From: Octopus vulgaris
Lineage: Eukaryota
Length of the DNA: 64,000 nt
Assembly: GCA_951406725.2 (NCBI GenBank)
Contig: OX597831.1
Location: 80,786,001-80,850,000, forward strand
Reading direction: 5' to 3'
Part shown: positions 27,765-41,882 of the stretch, piece after piece
Layout of the letters: the number at the start of each line of letters is the position of its first letter
Position numbering within the stretch: position 1 is the first letter of the stretch
Program-made: the position numbers and the translations under genes
The notes under the pieces: generated by a model
Seen by the model: the letters and a program-made list of their open reading frames with translations, nothing else
Database searches by the model: none
Told to the model about the DNA's origin: nothing

Positions 27765-28156
27765 GTCGCAGGAGTGGCTGTGTTGTAAGTAGCTTGCTTA
27801 CTAACCACATGATTTCCAGATTCAGTCCCACTGTGTGGCACCTTGGGCAAGTGTCTTCTACTATAGCCTCAGGCAGACCAAAGCCTTGTGAGTGGATTTG
27901 GTAGACGGAAACTGAACGAAGCTCGTCGTATATATGTGAATATATATATATATATATGTATGTGTGTGTCTGTGTTTGTCTCCCCAACATCACTTGACAA
28001 CTGATGCTGGTGTGTTCACATCCCCGTAACTTAGCGGTTCGGCAAAAGAAACCGATAGAATAAGTACTAGGCTTACGGGGTCGATTTGCTCGACTAAAGG
28101 TGATGCTCCAGCATGGCCACAGTGAAATGACTGTAACAAGTAAAAGAGTAAAAAGA
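27765..28156 (+). repeat. CORE-like tRNA SINE with internal (TA)/(TG) microsatellite and TAAAAGAG tail; other copies at 3044-4005 (split), 7190-7540, 9425-9755, 11080-11240, 42770-42930, 44555-44925, 45383-45762, 47090-47467, 52185-52375, 60893-61220, 62715-62800
   Basis: A/B-box-like head, CACCTTGGGCAAGTGTCTTC CORE-like segment, shared 3' CCAGCATGGCC.CAGT..AATGACTG..ACAAGTAAAAG. Confidence 0.85.
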
Positions 28157-28656
28157 ACATAAACAGAAATTTAATAATATAAGGGATAAAGGAAATAAAT
28201 ATTGCCAAAATAGTGTAAATAAGGATAAAAATCTGTTTGAAGCCAGAACCAATTTCCTCCATTGGAATCCGAAAATTACGTCTGGAACCCCAGACTTCCT
28301 TGTCCCTAGGTTAAAAACGATAGCTCTACAGCCAATGCTAAGCACGAAGTGATTGTTTCAGGTTCTAAAACTCAGGGGCTTTAGCAGACACAAAAAGTCT
28401 TGAGCCTTCAACATTCAGATTTCGCTCAAATCTATTTTCATGTATTTGATGTAGTTTGCATGGTTTTGAGTTGTAATCAGGCATTAATCACAAAGCTTCA
28501 AGATTCCAATGTTGTCAGTGTTTATTTCTAGAATGACATTGTAGGGTAGGTGTGAGAGGCAGAATCTGGTCAGCTTGGATAGAAAACAGGTAGAATATTT
28601 TGGTCAGAGGGAGCCAGTTTAAATGCTAGGGGGTCAATAATAATAATAATAATAAT

Positions 28657-29215
28657 AAATGCCCTGATGCAGTACCAGGCAGTGGCTCTCGTGGCTTCTG
28701 ATCTTAACTGATAGGAAGTGTTATCATGTACATTGTTTTCTCTTGGTATAAAAGATGGGCTACAGCAAATATTCTGCTCAATACCACAGATTTGCTTGTC
28801 AGTTGTTTGACTTTAACCAGTTGAGCATGTCCCTTAGTGGCTGACGATATGTGCATCTCTGATCAATAGCAGAGGTAGTGAGGGAGCATCATAGCCATGT
28901 GTTGAAAGGAATTCTTGGAGGTTTGGATAATTCAACTTTGGAAACATGGGTGGTTCATTCAACGTCCTTAAACAATCCTTATTCAGGGACCTTTTGAGTA
29001 GGATGGGCTACTCGACCATAAAAAAATTCTAACTGGGCCCCACCTGCAAGGTCATGTGCTGTTTATCTTGATATGAGATCACCATGTCGCGCACATATGG
29101 TTGTGATGCATGTGCCTGGTTGCACCCTTATCAGACGAGTAGTCACGATGGGTATACTGGGCTTCGTATATTTTACCCCAGTGTCACTTTGATGGCATGC
29201 ACTGCTCTCCCACTC
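28657..29215 (+). mobile_element. interspersed repeat (probable LINE 3' end) flanked by (AAT)n on both sides; 5'-truncated copy at 107-291
   Basis: 29031-29215 is near-identical to 107-291 (aactggg/cccacctgcaaggtc...cactc), each followed by (AAT)n. Confidence 0.7.
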
Positions 29216-29257
<42 letters not shown>

Positions 29258-29258
<1 letters not shown>

Positions 29259-29460
29259 TCACTGAATACATGTTCATGTACCACAATGAACAAATGCTCC
29301 TTTTTTTACAGTAAAGAAAAAAATACTCCTGTTTCACAATTAACATCACAGTGAACAAATACTTGTATCACAATGAACAAATATACTCCTGTCTCACAAT
29401 GAACAAGTGCTCCTTGTGTCACGGTGAATAAATATACTCCTGTGTAACATTGAATAAATA
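29258..29460 (+). repeat. degenerate ~25-bp minisatellite (CACAATGAACAAATATACTCCTGT)
   Basis: 7-8 diverged tandem units. Confidence 0.65.
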
Positions 29461-31323
29461 TTTGATTTCTGGGGGGAAAAAGCCACAGTGAGAGAGAGAG
29501 GGAAAAGGAGGAGAAAGAGTGGATGAATGGATGGATACATACATACTTATCAATTATTAATAAATTTTTTTTTTTTTTAATAATTACAAAACAACCCAAA
29601 CACAAATGTAAAACTGACTCAATACCAAAAGTCATCAGCCAGGAACAAGTATGAGTTATGTTAACAAATACCATGCTTTCACTTATTGATTTATGTGCTT
29701 TTGTGGTATCAATCGGACATAGTCACTCTCTCTATACTCCTGCTCTTTAACACTGTAGCACAGCTGGTACTTTTTTTCAGTTTGAGTAGACTGGAGCAAT
29801 GTGTGAAACAAAGTCTCTTGCTCAAGGATAACACACAACAAGCATACTAACACATATGTAAACACTGCTCTATTGAATGGTACTGTCTAAGGTATCAAAA
29901 CCATAGTGATATCTGTTTGAGCAGCCGATGATGGGAACGCACATGTTATGCTCTGTTGTGAATTACTTATATCTTAGTCTCATTATTCTGAGCTGTCCTT
30001 CATTCTTGGAAAGTAGAAAGTATTTGTGGATTCACAGTTTGTGGGGATCATTTACATTGGTATTATTTGATTTCCTTAATAGGTAACCTAATTAGGTTTG
30101 GATAATGCTTAGATATAGGTGTCTAGTTTTGAGTGGTTCTATGGTATGTATGTATTCATGAAGAGCCAACAGTTACCAAGTATACTTTTGTTAATTGTTT
30201 CAGGTGTCCATGTAATCACTGGTAGAAACAGACACCCTTAAAAGAGGATTGTTGATGTTGTTGTTGTTTAGCCCCGAGACAGCCCTGATCAAGCAAATCT
30301 GTGACCAAATTAGTTCAAACTGTGATCATCTCATCTTTGTTTAAAGTAAATTAAAAGCCAGCTGTTAACTGCAAATGAGAAAGGCTTGGTTACATGCGCC
30401 AGGCTTTTGCAAATTGCTTTCGCTGTCTAAGTAATCATAAGCAGACACAAATGGTCTCTCGACTCTCACCCTCTGACCCAGGGACACATTCAAGATGAGA
30501 TAAACAGAGAGAGAGAGAGTTGTACCAGAACTCACTTGGTCCTCATTTACAGCTAAGCAGACTGAAGCAACATAAAATGAAGTGTCTTGCCCAAGGACAC
30601 AATATGCTCCCTGGCCTAGAATTTGAACCCATGACCTTAGGATTAAGAGTCAAACATTCCTAATAACTAGGTTTTTGTTTTGTTATTTATTAAATACTAG
30701 AAACAACGGTTGTGATAGAGATTATAGTTTTCCCTGTGGTACAGAGAACAAAGTCAACCACATACATTTGTCACAACACCCATGTGACAACACACACACA
30801 CACGCACACACACACACACACATACACATACACACACAAAGGCATAAACATGCACAGTGGTATAAACACACAGACACACACTCTCACACAGGCATAAACA
30901 TGCATACATACAGGCCTAAGCACACAGAGGCTTAGACACACAGTGGTATAAACACACACACACACACACATACACGCACACACACAAAGGCATAAACATA
31001 CAGTGGTATAAGCACATACACACTCACACAGGCATAAATACACACACACACACATAAAGTCATAAACATACACACACATGCATACATACAGGCCTAAGCA
31101 CAGAGGCATAGACACACACAGTAGTATAAACACACACACACACAGAGGAATAAATACACATACACACAATCTTAAACACACCCAGGGATGTTTGACTCTT
31201 AATCATAAGGTCATGGGTTCAATTTCTAGGCCAGGTAGCATATTGTGTCCTTGGGCAAGACACTTCATTTTATGTTGCTTCAGTCTGCTTAGCTGTAAGT
31301 GAGGACCAAGTGAGTTCTGGTAC

Positions 31324-31374
<51 letters not shown>

Positions 31375-32642
31375 TCTCAATCCAGTATAAACATATAGAC
31401 ATAAACACACACACAGGCCTAAACACATGCATACACACAGGAATAAACACACGTACACACACTCCTAAACGCACCCAGCAGTATAAACATACAGACACAC
31501 ACACACACACACACAGAAGCATAAAAATATACACATACCATATTGTATTCCAGTTAATCAACAACAGTTTATGATAGCAATTGGATTAGGTGGTGGTGGT
31601 GGTGGTGGTGGTGGTGGTGGTGGTGGTGGTGGTGGTGAAGTTCTGCACATTCAACCATTGACTGACCAACCAACTGACAGCAACAACAATAACAATAACA
31701 TCAACACCACACAAAAGAGAACTAACTGCATCAATAAATCTTTTGTTCAGTGATGTCCTACAAACACCTCTTTCTTCTTCTTGTTCTTGTTCTTGTGCCT
31801 GGTTCAATGTTTTAATTGCTGGTGTTGTTCTTTAACCCTAGGTCAGTCCTGACAGAAGGTATTGAAGCCTTTTAGATACCAATCTCTCTGAAAATGCTTC
31901 TGGTTTTATTATATAAACATCTTGTCTTTGATGTTTTGCAAACAACTTACACATGCAAGTGTTACCAGTCGAGAACTCTGCATTCCGGGAGCCAGCAAGT
32001 GTATGGGGTCATCAGGAGAGAATGTGCACCATTTTGGGGCCTACAACATCAATGTGCACCGCCCCCCACCTCACTGATATGAGGCCCCGCTTGCTCGATC
32101 AACTGGTTATTAAATAAAACTCAATATACTTCTAGCCATCGCTCATCGTCTCTTTTTAACCAAATCCAGTGGCTGGCCTCCTCCACTGTAGATTGGGTAT
32201 CGGTCATGGTGGCATTGACTTTACCTTCTCAGCCAAAATGGTAAGCAGCATTTCTCTTGCTTCTTTATGTTCTGGGTTCAAACTCCACCAAGGTTGACTA
32301 TGCCTGGTCTTCCTTTCAGAATCAATAAAACCAGTTAAGTTTTAAAGGAATATAACGACTAATATCAATTAACTGTCTTCATAATACTTAGGTAAATAAA
32401 AATCAATTTTTACACTAGAAAAATAATAGGGTTCCTAATCCTAGTTTGTTTTTAAAATTTCAAAGCACCAATAATAAAAAGAAAATAAATCAAAGACAAA
32501 TCAATTTTTAAAATTTTACCAAAAAACCCAATTATGTATATTCCGTTACATAACACTCACTCATCTCACTTTGATTTCAACCAAAAAAATTTAATATAAA
32601 TAGCAGTTAAGTACTGGGACTAGATGCCCACCCCCCTATCGC

Positions 32643-32687
<45 letters not shown>

Positions 32688-32852
32688 CATTATTATTATT
32701 ATTATTATCATTATTATTATTATTATTATTCTGGTAGTGAGCCAGCAGAACTGTTGGCATGTCAGGGGAAAAATGCTTAGCAGTATTTTGCCTGTCGCTA
32801 CGTTCTTAGTTCAAATTCCATTGAGGTCGACTTTGCCTTTCATCCTTTCATA

Positions 32853-33094
32853 TGCCCACGGGCATATGGCATAGTGGTTAAGGGCACGGGCTACTAATCC
32901 CAAGATTCCGAGTTCGATTCCAGGTAGTGACCTGAATAATGATATTAATAACATTGAAAAATACCTTAGGAATGAGAACCCAGGTTCGAAATTTCGTCCC
33001 AAGACACCTGAAGAAGCCTGGAGGGTATATCAGCTGAAACATTGTGTTAACAACAAACAAGATGAGGAACAAATATCCATCAAATGTCAATAAT

Positions 33095-33096
<2 letters not shown>
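32853..33096 (+). mobile_element. SINE-like element: tRNA-derived head + (AAT) linker + hammerhead-bearing tail
   Basis: A box TGGCATAGTGG (32867-32877), B box GTTCGATTCC (32912-32921). Decayed HHR ACAC-CTGAAGA-A-GCCTG..CAGCT-GAAAC-ATT-GTGT at 33004-33047. Abuts a truncated Meta-like SINE at about 32850. Confidence 0.75.
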
Positions 33097-33137
<41 letters not shown>

Positions 33138-33414
33138 CATTATTATTATCATTATTATTATTATTATTATCATTATTATTATTATTATTATTAATACTAT
33201 TAAGGTGGTGAACTGGTAGAATCGTTAGCACATGGGGAAAGATGCTTAGCGGTATTTCGCCAATTGCTCCTTTCTCAGTTCAAATTCCACTGAGGTCCAC
33301 TTTGCCTTTCACCCTTTCAGGGGTGATAAAATAAGCACCAGTTGCAGACTAGGGTCGATGTAACTGACTCACTCCCACCCCTTAAATTGCTGATCTTGTG
33401 CCAAAATTTGTATC

Positions 33415-33446
<32 letters not shown>

Positions 33447-33458
33447 GTTGTGTTGTTA

Positions 33459-33517
<59 letters not shown>

Positions 33518-33542
33518 GTTATTATTATTATTATTATTATTA

Positions 33543-33585
<43 letters not shown>

Positions 33586-35432
33586 GGCAGTGAGCCAGCA
33601 GCTTAGACAAAATGTTTAATGATGTTATTTTCAATGCTTTATACTCTGAGTTCAAGTTCCATCAAGGTCAATTATATCTTTCATTCTTTTGGGGTCGATA
33701 ACATGAAACTGCTAGCGCTTGATGTAAGCAACCTTCCCCATCCCATCACAAATTACTGACCTTTGACCCTGCAATGGACTAGCATCCCATTCAGAGGACA
33801 GTCGTTGTTAAGTTGTCAATGTTTGGGGCATAAATTAACACAACTCTCAGTCAAATGCCATGGAAACTGACCAATAGGTCTTTGAATCATCAAGTGAAAA
33901 AGGCTAATTAAAACTAATTAACCCCTTCCAGTAAAATTTCATGTTAATTTATGTCCAAAATATCAGTTGAATAATGATAAAGTTATTTTGATTTGTTATT
34001 TTTTTTTACTAAATTCTTCATTATTTTTCTAAATTAATGAAAATCCTAGCAGAGTATTTCATCAGAAACAAGGCAGCAAAAGAGTTAAGCGTTTTTATAC
34101 CAGCGTACCTGGCACCAAAATACCTTGGTTCTGTGGTACACAAATTCATGTTTTTATAATGATTGTAATTATAAATTTCTATCAAAAATTCTATGTTAAT
34201 TAATATCCCAAAGACCAGCTCAACCCTTTCTCATTCAGATTCCTTTGTCAAATATAATGATTATTTATACATATTTAAAAAAAATTAATCATGTAATATT
34301 TTGTAGCTTAGACATATTGAAGATGTGGTAATTTATTTTTAGAATGACATTACCGGGTAGGTGTGAGAAGCTGGATCCGGGTCGGTTTGAACATAAAACA
34401 GGTAGAATATTTGGGTTGGATATGTCCAGTTTAAAAGCTAAAGAGTTGATAATGCCAAAGACTGGTTTCCATGCCGGTGGCACGAAAAAAGCACCAACCA
34501 ATCGTGGCTGTTGCCAGCCTCGCCTGGCACGTACGTAAAAAGCACCCACTACACTCACGGAGTGGTTGGCGTTAGGGAGGGCATCCAGCTGTAGAAACTC
34601 TGCCAGATCAGACTGGAGCCTGGTGCAGCCTTCTGGCTTCCCAGACCCCGGTCGAACTATCCAACCCATGCTAGCATGGAAAACGGATGTTAAATGATGA
34701 TGATGATGATGTTTTACTAAATTCTTCATTATTTTAAAAATTAATTGAAATAGAAGGAGTGTCTTTTAACAGGAATATGGTAAAGTGTGAGCTAATAATG
34801 GTAAAGTTATTTTACTTTATTATTTTCAAAATGAATCGAAAGACAAATCATGTATTTCAGAAGAAATATGGTAACAAAAGGGGTTAACCCTTTTCATACA
34901 AACATATCTGAAATTGCCCCTTGTTCTGGGATACAAAGAAGGATGGCTCAACACTGGACAGGTTGATAAATTCTTTAATGGAATAAAGTTGAGAAATCCC
35001 ATTAACACTTCCCATAAGTTTTTCCTCAATCATGAAAGTAACTTGTGACCTTATGAAAGGAAAGCCTTATAATACTCCGACTGTATGCAACGAGGGCAGA
35101 CTAAAAGTCTGAAAAAAAGAGACACTTAGGACAAATGGTCTGAAATAGTATAGGGCAGGCAAAGAGTAAAAGTATACACATACATATATGTATGTATGTG
35201 TATATGTATGTGTGTGTATATATATATATATAGTTACAATGAGGATATTTAAGCCTCTTATAAGGATATTTTATCCAAGATACACTGGTTTAATATATTA
35301 GATTTTGAAGAGATATTTCTTCTATGAATATATTTTATAAAATATCGTAAAACATCAAATGTTATTATTAAGTTTGAAAATGGGGAGATCCAAATGGATG
35401 CAGATTAATTTATTAATTAATTAACATCTTCA

Positions 35433-35530
35433 CCTACAATTGTTTCATTTCGCATCCAATATAAACTACAAAATATATATAAATATATGAGCTTGCATTT
35501 CAAAATACTTGGGGTGGAAGATCATCAGGG
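35433..35530 (-). ncRNA. degenerate HHR-like motif with long stem II region
   Basis: CC-CTGATGA...GAAACAATTGT-A-GG; same stem III as 49515-49526; stem II pairing unclear. Confidence 0.35.
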
Positions 35531-35584
35531 CATGAAAAAGAACAATACAAGGATTACATTATGATCTGTTGAAATACTCGAAAA

Positions 35585-35660
<76 letters not shown>

Positions 35661-35848
35661 ATTTAACAAGGCTACCACTGTGTTCATGTAGAGAGAAATC
35701 TCTCCAAAATGGAGATGTGGTTGGCTTGAAAATTGTTGAGAGATTTCTCTCAACATGAAACCATTGGTAGCCTTGTTAACTCATAAATAAAGAATATTTA
35801 TCCACCAATGTTGTGCTGAGTGCTCATTCTCACTGTTCGACATTAACA

Positions 35849-35889
<41 letters not shown>

Positions 35890-35919
35890 AATTACATCCA
35901 CATATACACACACCAATAA

Positions 35920-35953
<34 letters not shown>

Positions 35954-35967
35954 CATTTATTTGTATA

Positions 35968-36013
<46 letters not shown>

Positions 36014-36385
36014 CATATCTATGTGAGAGAGAGAGAAAGAAAGAAACGGTGTGTGTGTTTGCGTGTATGTTTTTATTTGCATCGTTTTATTTCTTCTCAG
36101 AAAAAAAACAATACAAAAAACCCCAAAACGATGGAGTCCTTAGGAAACATTGAAATGTGTTTGAACAGGGGGTCACAAAGTTGACGAGTGTCCTTCGCTG
36201 GCTACTTACAACAATGGGCTGTTCTATCTTCAACATATCACCATCACCATCCCCCATCAAGATCATCATGTGTACTGATACTACTACTACTACTACCACC
36301 ACCAACCACCACCATCATCATTGTTTTAATGACCAACTACATAAAAGGAAAAAGTTAATGCATGTCTATATAGTCATACATACAC

Positions 36386-36416
<31 letters not shown>

Positions 36417-36483
36417 TATATAATGTTATATTTATATGTGTTATATTTATATATGTTATATATATATATAAATGTTATATGTA

Positions 36484-36533
<50 letters not shown>

Positions 36534-36553
36534 TTTATATATATATATATTTA

Positions 36554-36624
<71 letters not shown>

Positions 36625-37376
36625 TTTGTGCATACATACATGAAAGAAAAATTCATTCTGTGATATATATAATACCTAACCAATAGTGATAATCAATAAC
36701 CAATAATATTGTTGTTGTTCCTGTTGTTATGATGATCAGTATCAACATTGCTGTTGCTCTTGCTATATTATTATTATTATTGTTGTTGTTGTTGTTATTA
36801 TCATCATCATCACCACATGTTGTTATGATCAATACCAGCTGTTTTTCTAGTTTCTGTTACGTGATGTTGTTGCTGCTGCTGCTGCTGTTGTTACTATTAT
36901 GGGTTTATATATATATATATACACGTATATACATTTGTTTTCTTCTCAATTTCATTATTGCAGTTATATTTATTGCTCATATTGTTGTTGTTGTTTTTTA
37001 ATTAGTCCAGATTCATTCTCTCCATCTCCTTCCTTCCTTCATTTCGCTTCGTTAGAATGAAAATGAAATTCATAGACACAGCCACCGACTCGTTCATCAT
37101 CATCATCATCATCATCATTATGACCATCATTGTCACCACCATCGTCATCATCTGTCATCATCACCATTATTAAGGAAGCCATCATCATCATCATCGTCAC
37201 CACCACCACCATAATCACCATCATCGTCATCTTCATTACTATTGTCATCATAATTGTTGTATACATACCTCATACCCTTTGCAATCATACAAACAGATAC
37301 ACACTCATATAAACTGAAGGTGGGGAGGTGGCAGAAACGTTAGCACCAGTTACACACTGGGGTCAATGTAATTGAC

Positions 37377-37411
<35 letters not shown>

Positions 37412-37722
37412 ATTTTTTGGCTCAAAAAGCAAAAAAGCAAGGCCATGTTGGGGGACATGGAGTTATGTACAGGGTGGTGTTCATGTAAAGAGTTCAGGTC
37501 ACTTGTGGTCAAGGGAGACTTTGAACCGAGCGGTCGTCGGCATCTTCACTATCTCGTCCGGCAGCTTATTCCACGGATCCACAACCCGGACAGAGAAAGG
37601 CCCTCTCCTTCGATTGAGATGAAATTGTCGCACATAGAGCTTTTCGGAGTGACCCCGCAGACGACGCTCTGGAGCAGGAGTGAAGAACAGCTCTTTCGAG
37701 GGGTTACACTTTCCGCTTATGA
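37377..37722 (-). mobile_element. CR1-clade LINE 3' end with (TAAC)n tail, nested in a Meta-like SINE
   Basis: LRGHSEKLY..FHLNRRRGPFSVRVVDPWNKLPDEIVKMPTTARFKVSLD is a typical CR1 ORF2 C-terminus. SINE halves lie at ~37316-37376 and ~37725-37790. Confidence 0.85.
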
Positions 37723-37798
37723 TGTTGCCCTTTGTCTGTCCTTGTTTGTCCCCTCTATGTTTAGCCCCTTGTGGGCAATGAAGAAATAACAAACAGAT

Positions 37799-37832
<34 letters not shown>

Positions 37833-38770
37833 TTGGCCTACCTGATTGTGTGTGTGTTTTCTGGGTGAAGGGCTTCATTCACTTTCCCTCTCTTTTTCAT
37901 TTAGACTTGTGTCTATTATACTGCATTCAGCTATTAGTGGACATAGAGAGCATGTGTATGTTAAAGGTTCTGGGACCCCCCCTTTCATGGTCCCTGCTCT
38001 TAACAGGGAGACACACAGCCTTCATCAGTGTAGTCTAAAAAGGCTTTAGGCTTTGTACCGCATCATGATCACCATCATAATAACCATCATCACAACCAGC
38101 ATCATCATCATCAAGGTATTTGCCGTCATCCTCATCATCATCATCATCATCATCATTGACACCCATCATCTTATGATGATAGTTGTTGTCTTCATCGTCA
38201 TCCACCATCCTCCACCAACACCACTTCCACCATCTTCCACCACCACCACCATCTTCCACCACCACCATCCTCCACCACCACCATTTTTCACCAAAGCCAC
38301 CACCATCATCCACCAATACCACCACTACCATCTTCATGAGCTTCACCATCACCGCCATCACCACAATCATCATCATGACAATCATCATTATCCTCATCAT
38401 TACTATTTTTTAATCATCATCATCATCATCACCCACCACCACCATTCTATTTTTCTTCCAATATAGACGAGCAGTATCAATACAGTTGTGATGTTTTGTT
38501 GTTGATGCCCTTACCATCTTTTTATTTTGTTACTGTTTGACCTTCCAGCTGCCAAATGCTATCACCACCACCACCACCACCACCGCCATCGCCATCATAA
38601 CCATCATCGCCATCGCCATTGTCACCAGCATCATAATCATTTAACGCCTAACAAGAAAGCCACCAAAGACTTTTTGCAACTATATTCCATTTAGAAAATT
38701 GTGAAAGAACAAATTTACATTTATACATTTGTTGTCTTGTATTATAAACATTAATGTATATCTATCTCTA

Positions 38771-38808
<38 letters not shown>

Positions 38809-38889
38809 CCTACTTGTTTGTCTATCTATCTACTTATCTATCTCTATATCTATCTATCTATCTATCTATCTCTATATCTATCTATCTAC

Positions 38890-38948
<59 letters not shown>

Positions 38949-40898
38949 GTTAACTAGCTAACTAGATATTTGGCTGTGTATCTATATCCATTTATATATC
39001 TATATATACATATATATGTCTGTCTATCTCTCCATAGCTATCAAACTCTACAACACACACTTACATGGATAGGTGTTTGTATGTGTGTATGTGCTGATAT
39101 ATATATATATGTATATACATATATATATTACACACACACACACATATAGATGTATATATGCACACATTCGCACATTACATACTCACACATTACATACTCA
39201 CACACACACTTAGACATATGTAGTTAAGTGCAGGTTACATACTGGACGTGGTGATACAATGAAATGGGAGTAAAACTCTAATGAGTAAAAATCAAAATAT
39301 TTCATTAACGTTAATGAAAATTCTCCACACAAGGGACAAGGGAGAATACTCGCACAATTGCAACTGCTCCCAAAACAAATTCAAATTATGTCAAGAACAG
39401 AATTGTGAGTACGATCTATGGTAGATGTCTGGGGTTAACACCGGACCGATTAAGGGTTATGTGAACTCCCAACAAAGGATAATCGACACAAAGCTATCTT
39501 TCAGAATTTTTAGTTTTGATGTGTAAGAGATTCATCAATAAGATGTGATAGTGAGTAAAAAAAGGCTAGGGGTGCCTTCTATATTAAGAATATATAGTTA
39601 AGTGCACGCTACTGGACTTGATATAGTGGCAAGCTGAAAGTAGTCAGTGGAGTGACAGAGTTGTTAGAGTGCCAGACAAGATGTCTCTGCATTTATTTTA
39701 ACACTCAGTGCAGTGAGTTCAAATCCTGTTGAGGTCAGTTTTGACTTTCATCCTTCACTTACTTAAACACTTTGTTCCCTGTGAAGGTAGGGGAAGGCAT
39801 GGATGGCTTTTCTCCCCTGGTTTCAAATCTGGGTTGCCGTTTCTGCTTCTGTCTAATTAGATCCCTGCTTTATTATTGTTTTTTTTTTCAGTGTCTGTCT
39901 GTCTGTCCTGCCTCCAACTATTTTTAGGGTGTCCTCTTCTTCCACTCCTTTTATAGATTCCAGGTCAGAACCTGATATATTCTCCTGGGGGTCAGAAGGA
40001 GGGGTTGGTCTTTTCGGTTTCCTTTCAAACCATGCTGCTACACCACATCACATGTTTTCTGCTGAAAGAAGGCCTTCTTTTCCCAGGTCTTGAACTGGCA
40101 TCAATGTTTCTGTGACCATTTCTTTAAAGGTTGGCTTTATGTGAATGCATTGTTACCATTAAGAAGAGGTGTTTTCATGTTAGTCGGACCTTTATCTTTT
40201 GACTGGTCCAGCATGGGAGGCCCTTACTAGGAGCTTGCATTCCAGTGGAACAGCTCTCAGGGTCACCAGGGCACACAAATCACCATACCACAAGAATTTG
40301 ACCACTTTTTGGTGGGCAAGGATGGAGGTTCATGAAAAAATTCCAATTCAGGGCAGTGAACTGGTGGAATGACAAGAGTGTAAAGCCAGGTGCCTTGTGG
40401 TATTTGTCCTGGTTCCTTGTTTCCTGATTTCAAATCCTACCATAGCTTGTCTGGATTGTAGATTTGATCAGTTGTCTGGCCCAACCTCACCCCTTGGGTA
40501 CATCGAGTACCTTCAGTAGAGTCCACCCTGTTGCAAGCATTCATGCCAGGTCAACTGGTTTGATGATGCCTTTCTCCATCTTTCTCAAAAGTCTCAGAGA
40601 CCTTGCAAAGTGTTACGGGCCCTGTCTTCCCTCCTAATTAAAGGATAGCAAAAACTAATCAATTTAAACTATAAGGGAAGTAACAAGGAATTTTTGTTCA
40701 CATTGAAACTATAAATTCACAAAGTCAGTTTATAATCACCGAGGAGTTTTGTAGTGAAGAGACCACAATAAGGCAGAAACATGTCTGGAGCCATCACTGA
40801 ATAGTTGCCCGTGTCCAGTTTGAAATTCAGTGAGAGTTGATGCCTGCTGGTAAAATATTGGAGGGACATGAGAAATGTTTGATCTAAAAAGCACATAA

Positions 40899-40935
<37 letters not shown>

Positions 40936-40968
40936 TGCACATACATATATACATACATACATACGTAT

Positions 40969-41004
<36 letters not shown>

Positions 41005-41209
41005 GCATACATATGTAATATATACATATACACATACATATATACATGCTTATATAAATATATACATATTCACATAGATATGTATACATACATAAATATA
41101 TATATATACATATATACACAAACATATACATATACATAGAAACATACATACATACAGATCGACAGACTTACAGACATTCGCACATATGCACGCACACACA
41201 CACACACAC

Positions 41210-41241
<32 letters not shown>

Positions 41242-41656
41242 AAGTAAATATGTATAAAACACATACATGCAAATATTCACAAAGAAACAAATTGAAAATG
41301 TATATATGCCTTCTAACAACAAAATATAACCAAACATTTCTCCATATATATAAAATGGTGTGATGTAGAGACATTCATTCATCTCCTAGTGAACCTAGTG
41401 TGCAACAATCCATGTGATATTTAATGTTTTTCTTTTCTGTCATGGTTCTGCCTTCTGATTTTGTTTCTTATCTATGATACCGTTGTATATAACTATAATT
41501 ATGGACTGTATATAATTTAAATATATGGTTTAGATATATGTGTATATAATTACTAGATGTAAAGCTTAAATAAAGAATAAAAAGGGCTAGAGTTCCCTGC
41601 CATTGCAAGGCACGTAAAAGACTCTATTCAGCAGATGATCAATATATGTGTATATG

Positions 41657-41716
<60 letters not shown>

Positions 41717-41781
41717 TGCACACACACACACACATACAGAGAAAGAGGTGTAGAGAGATATCCTAAGTATGAATGTATGTG

Positions 41782-41832
<51 letters not shown>

Positions 41833-41882
41833 AAAAAAAAGTCAAGATAGAAAATGCTAAAATAATTTTATAAAGAACATTT

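Noticed and set aside
32860-32932. Genuine tRNA genes (also 59714-59800)
   Set aside because: A/B boxes present but no clean acceptor stem, and they continue into multi-copy SINE bodies.
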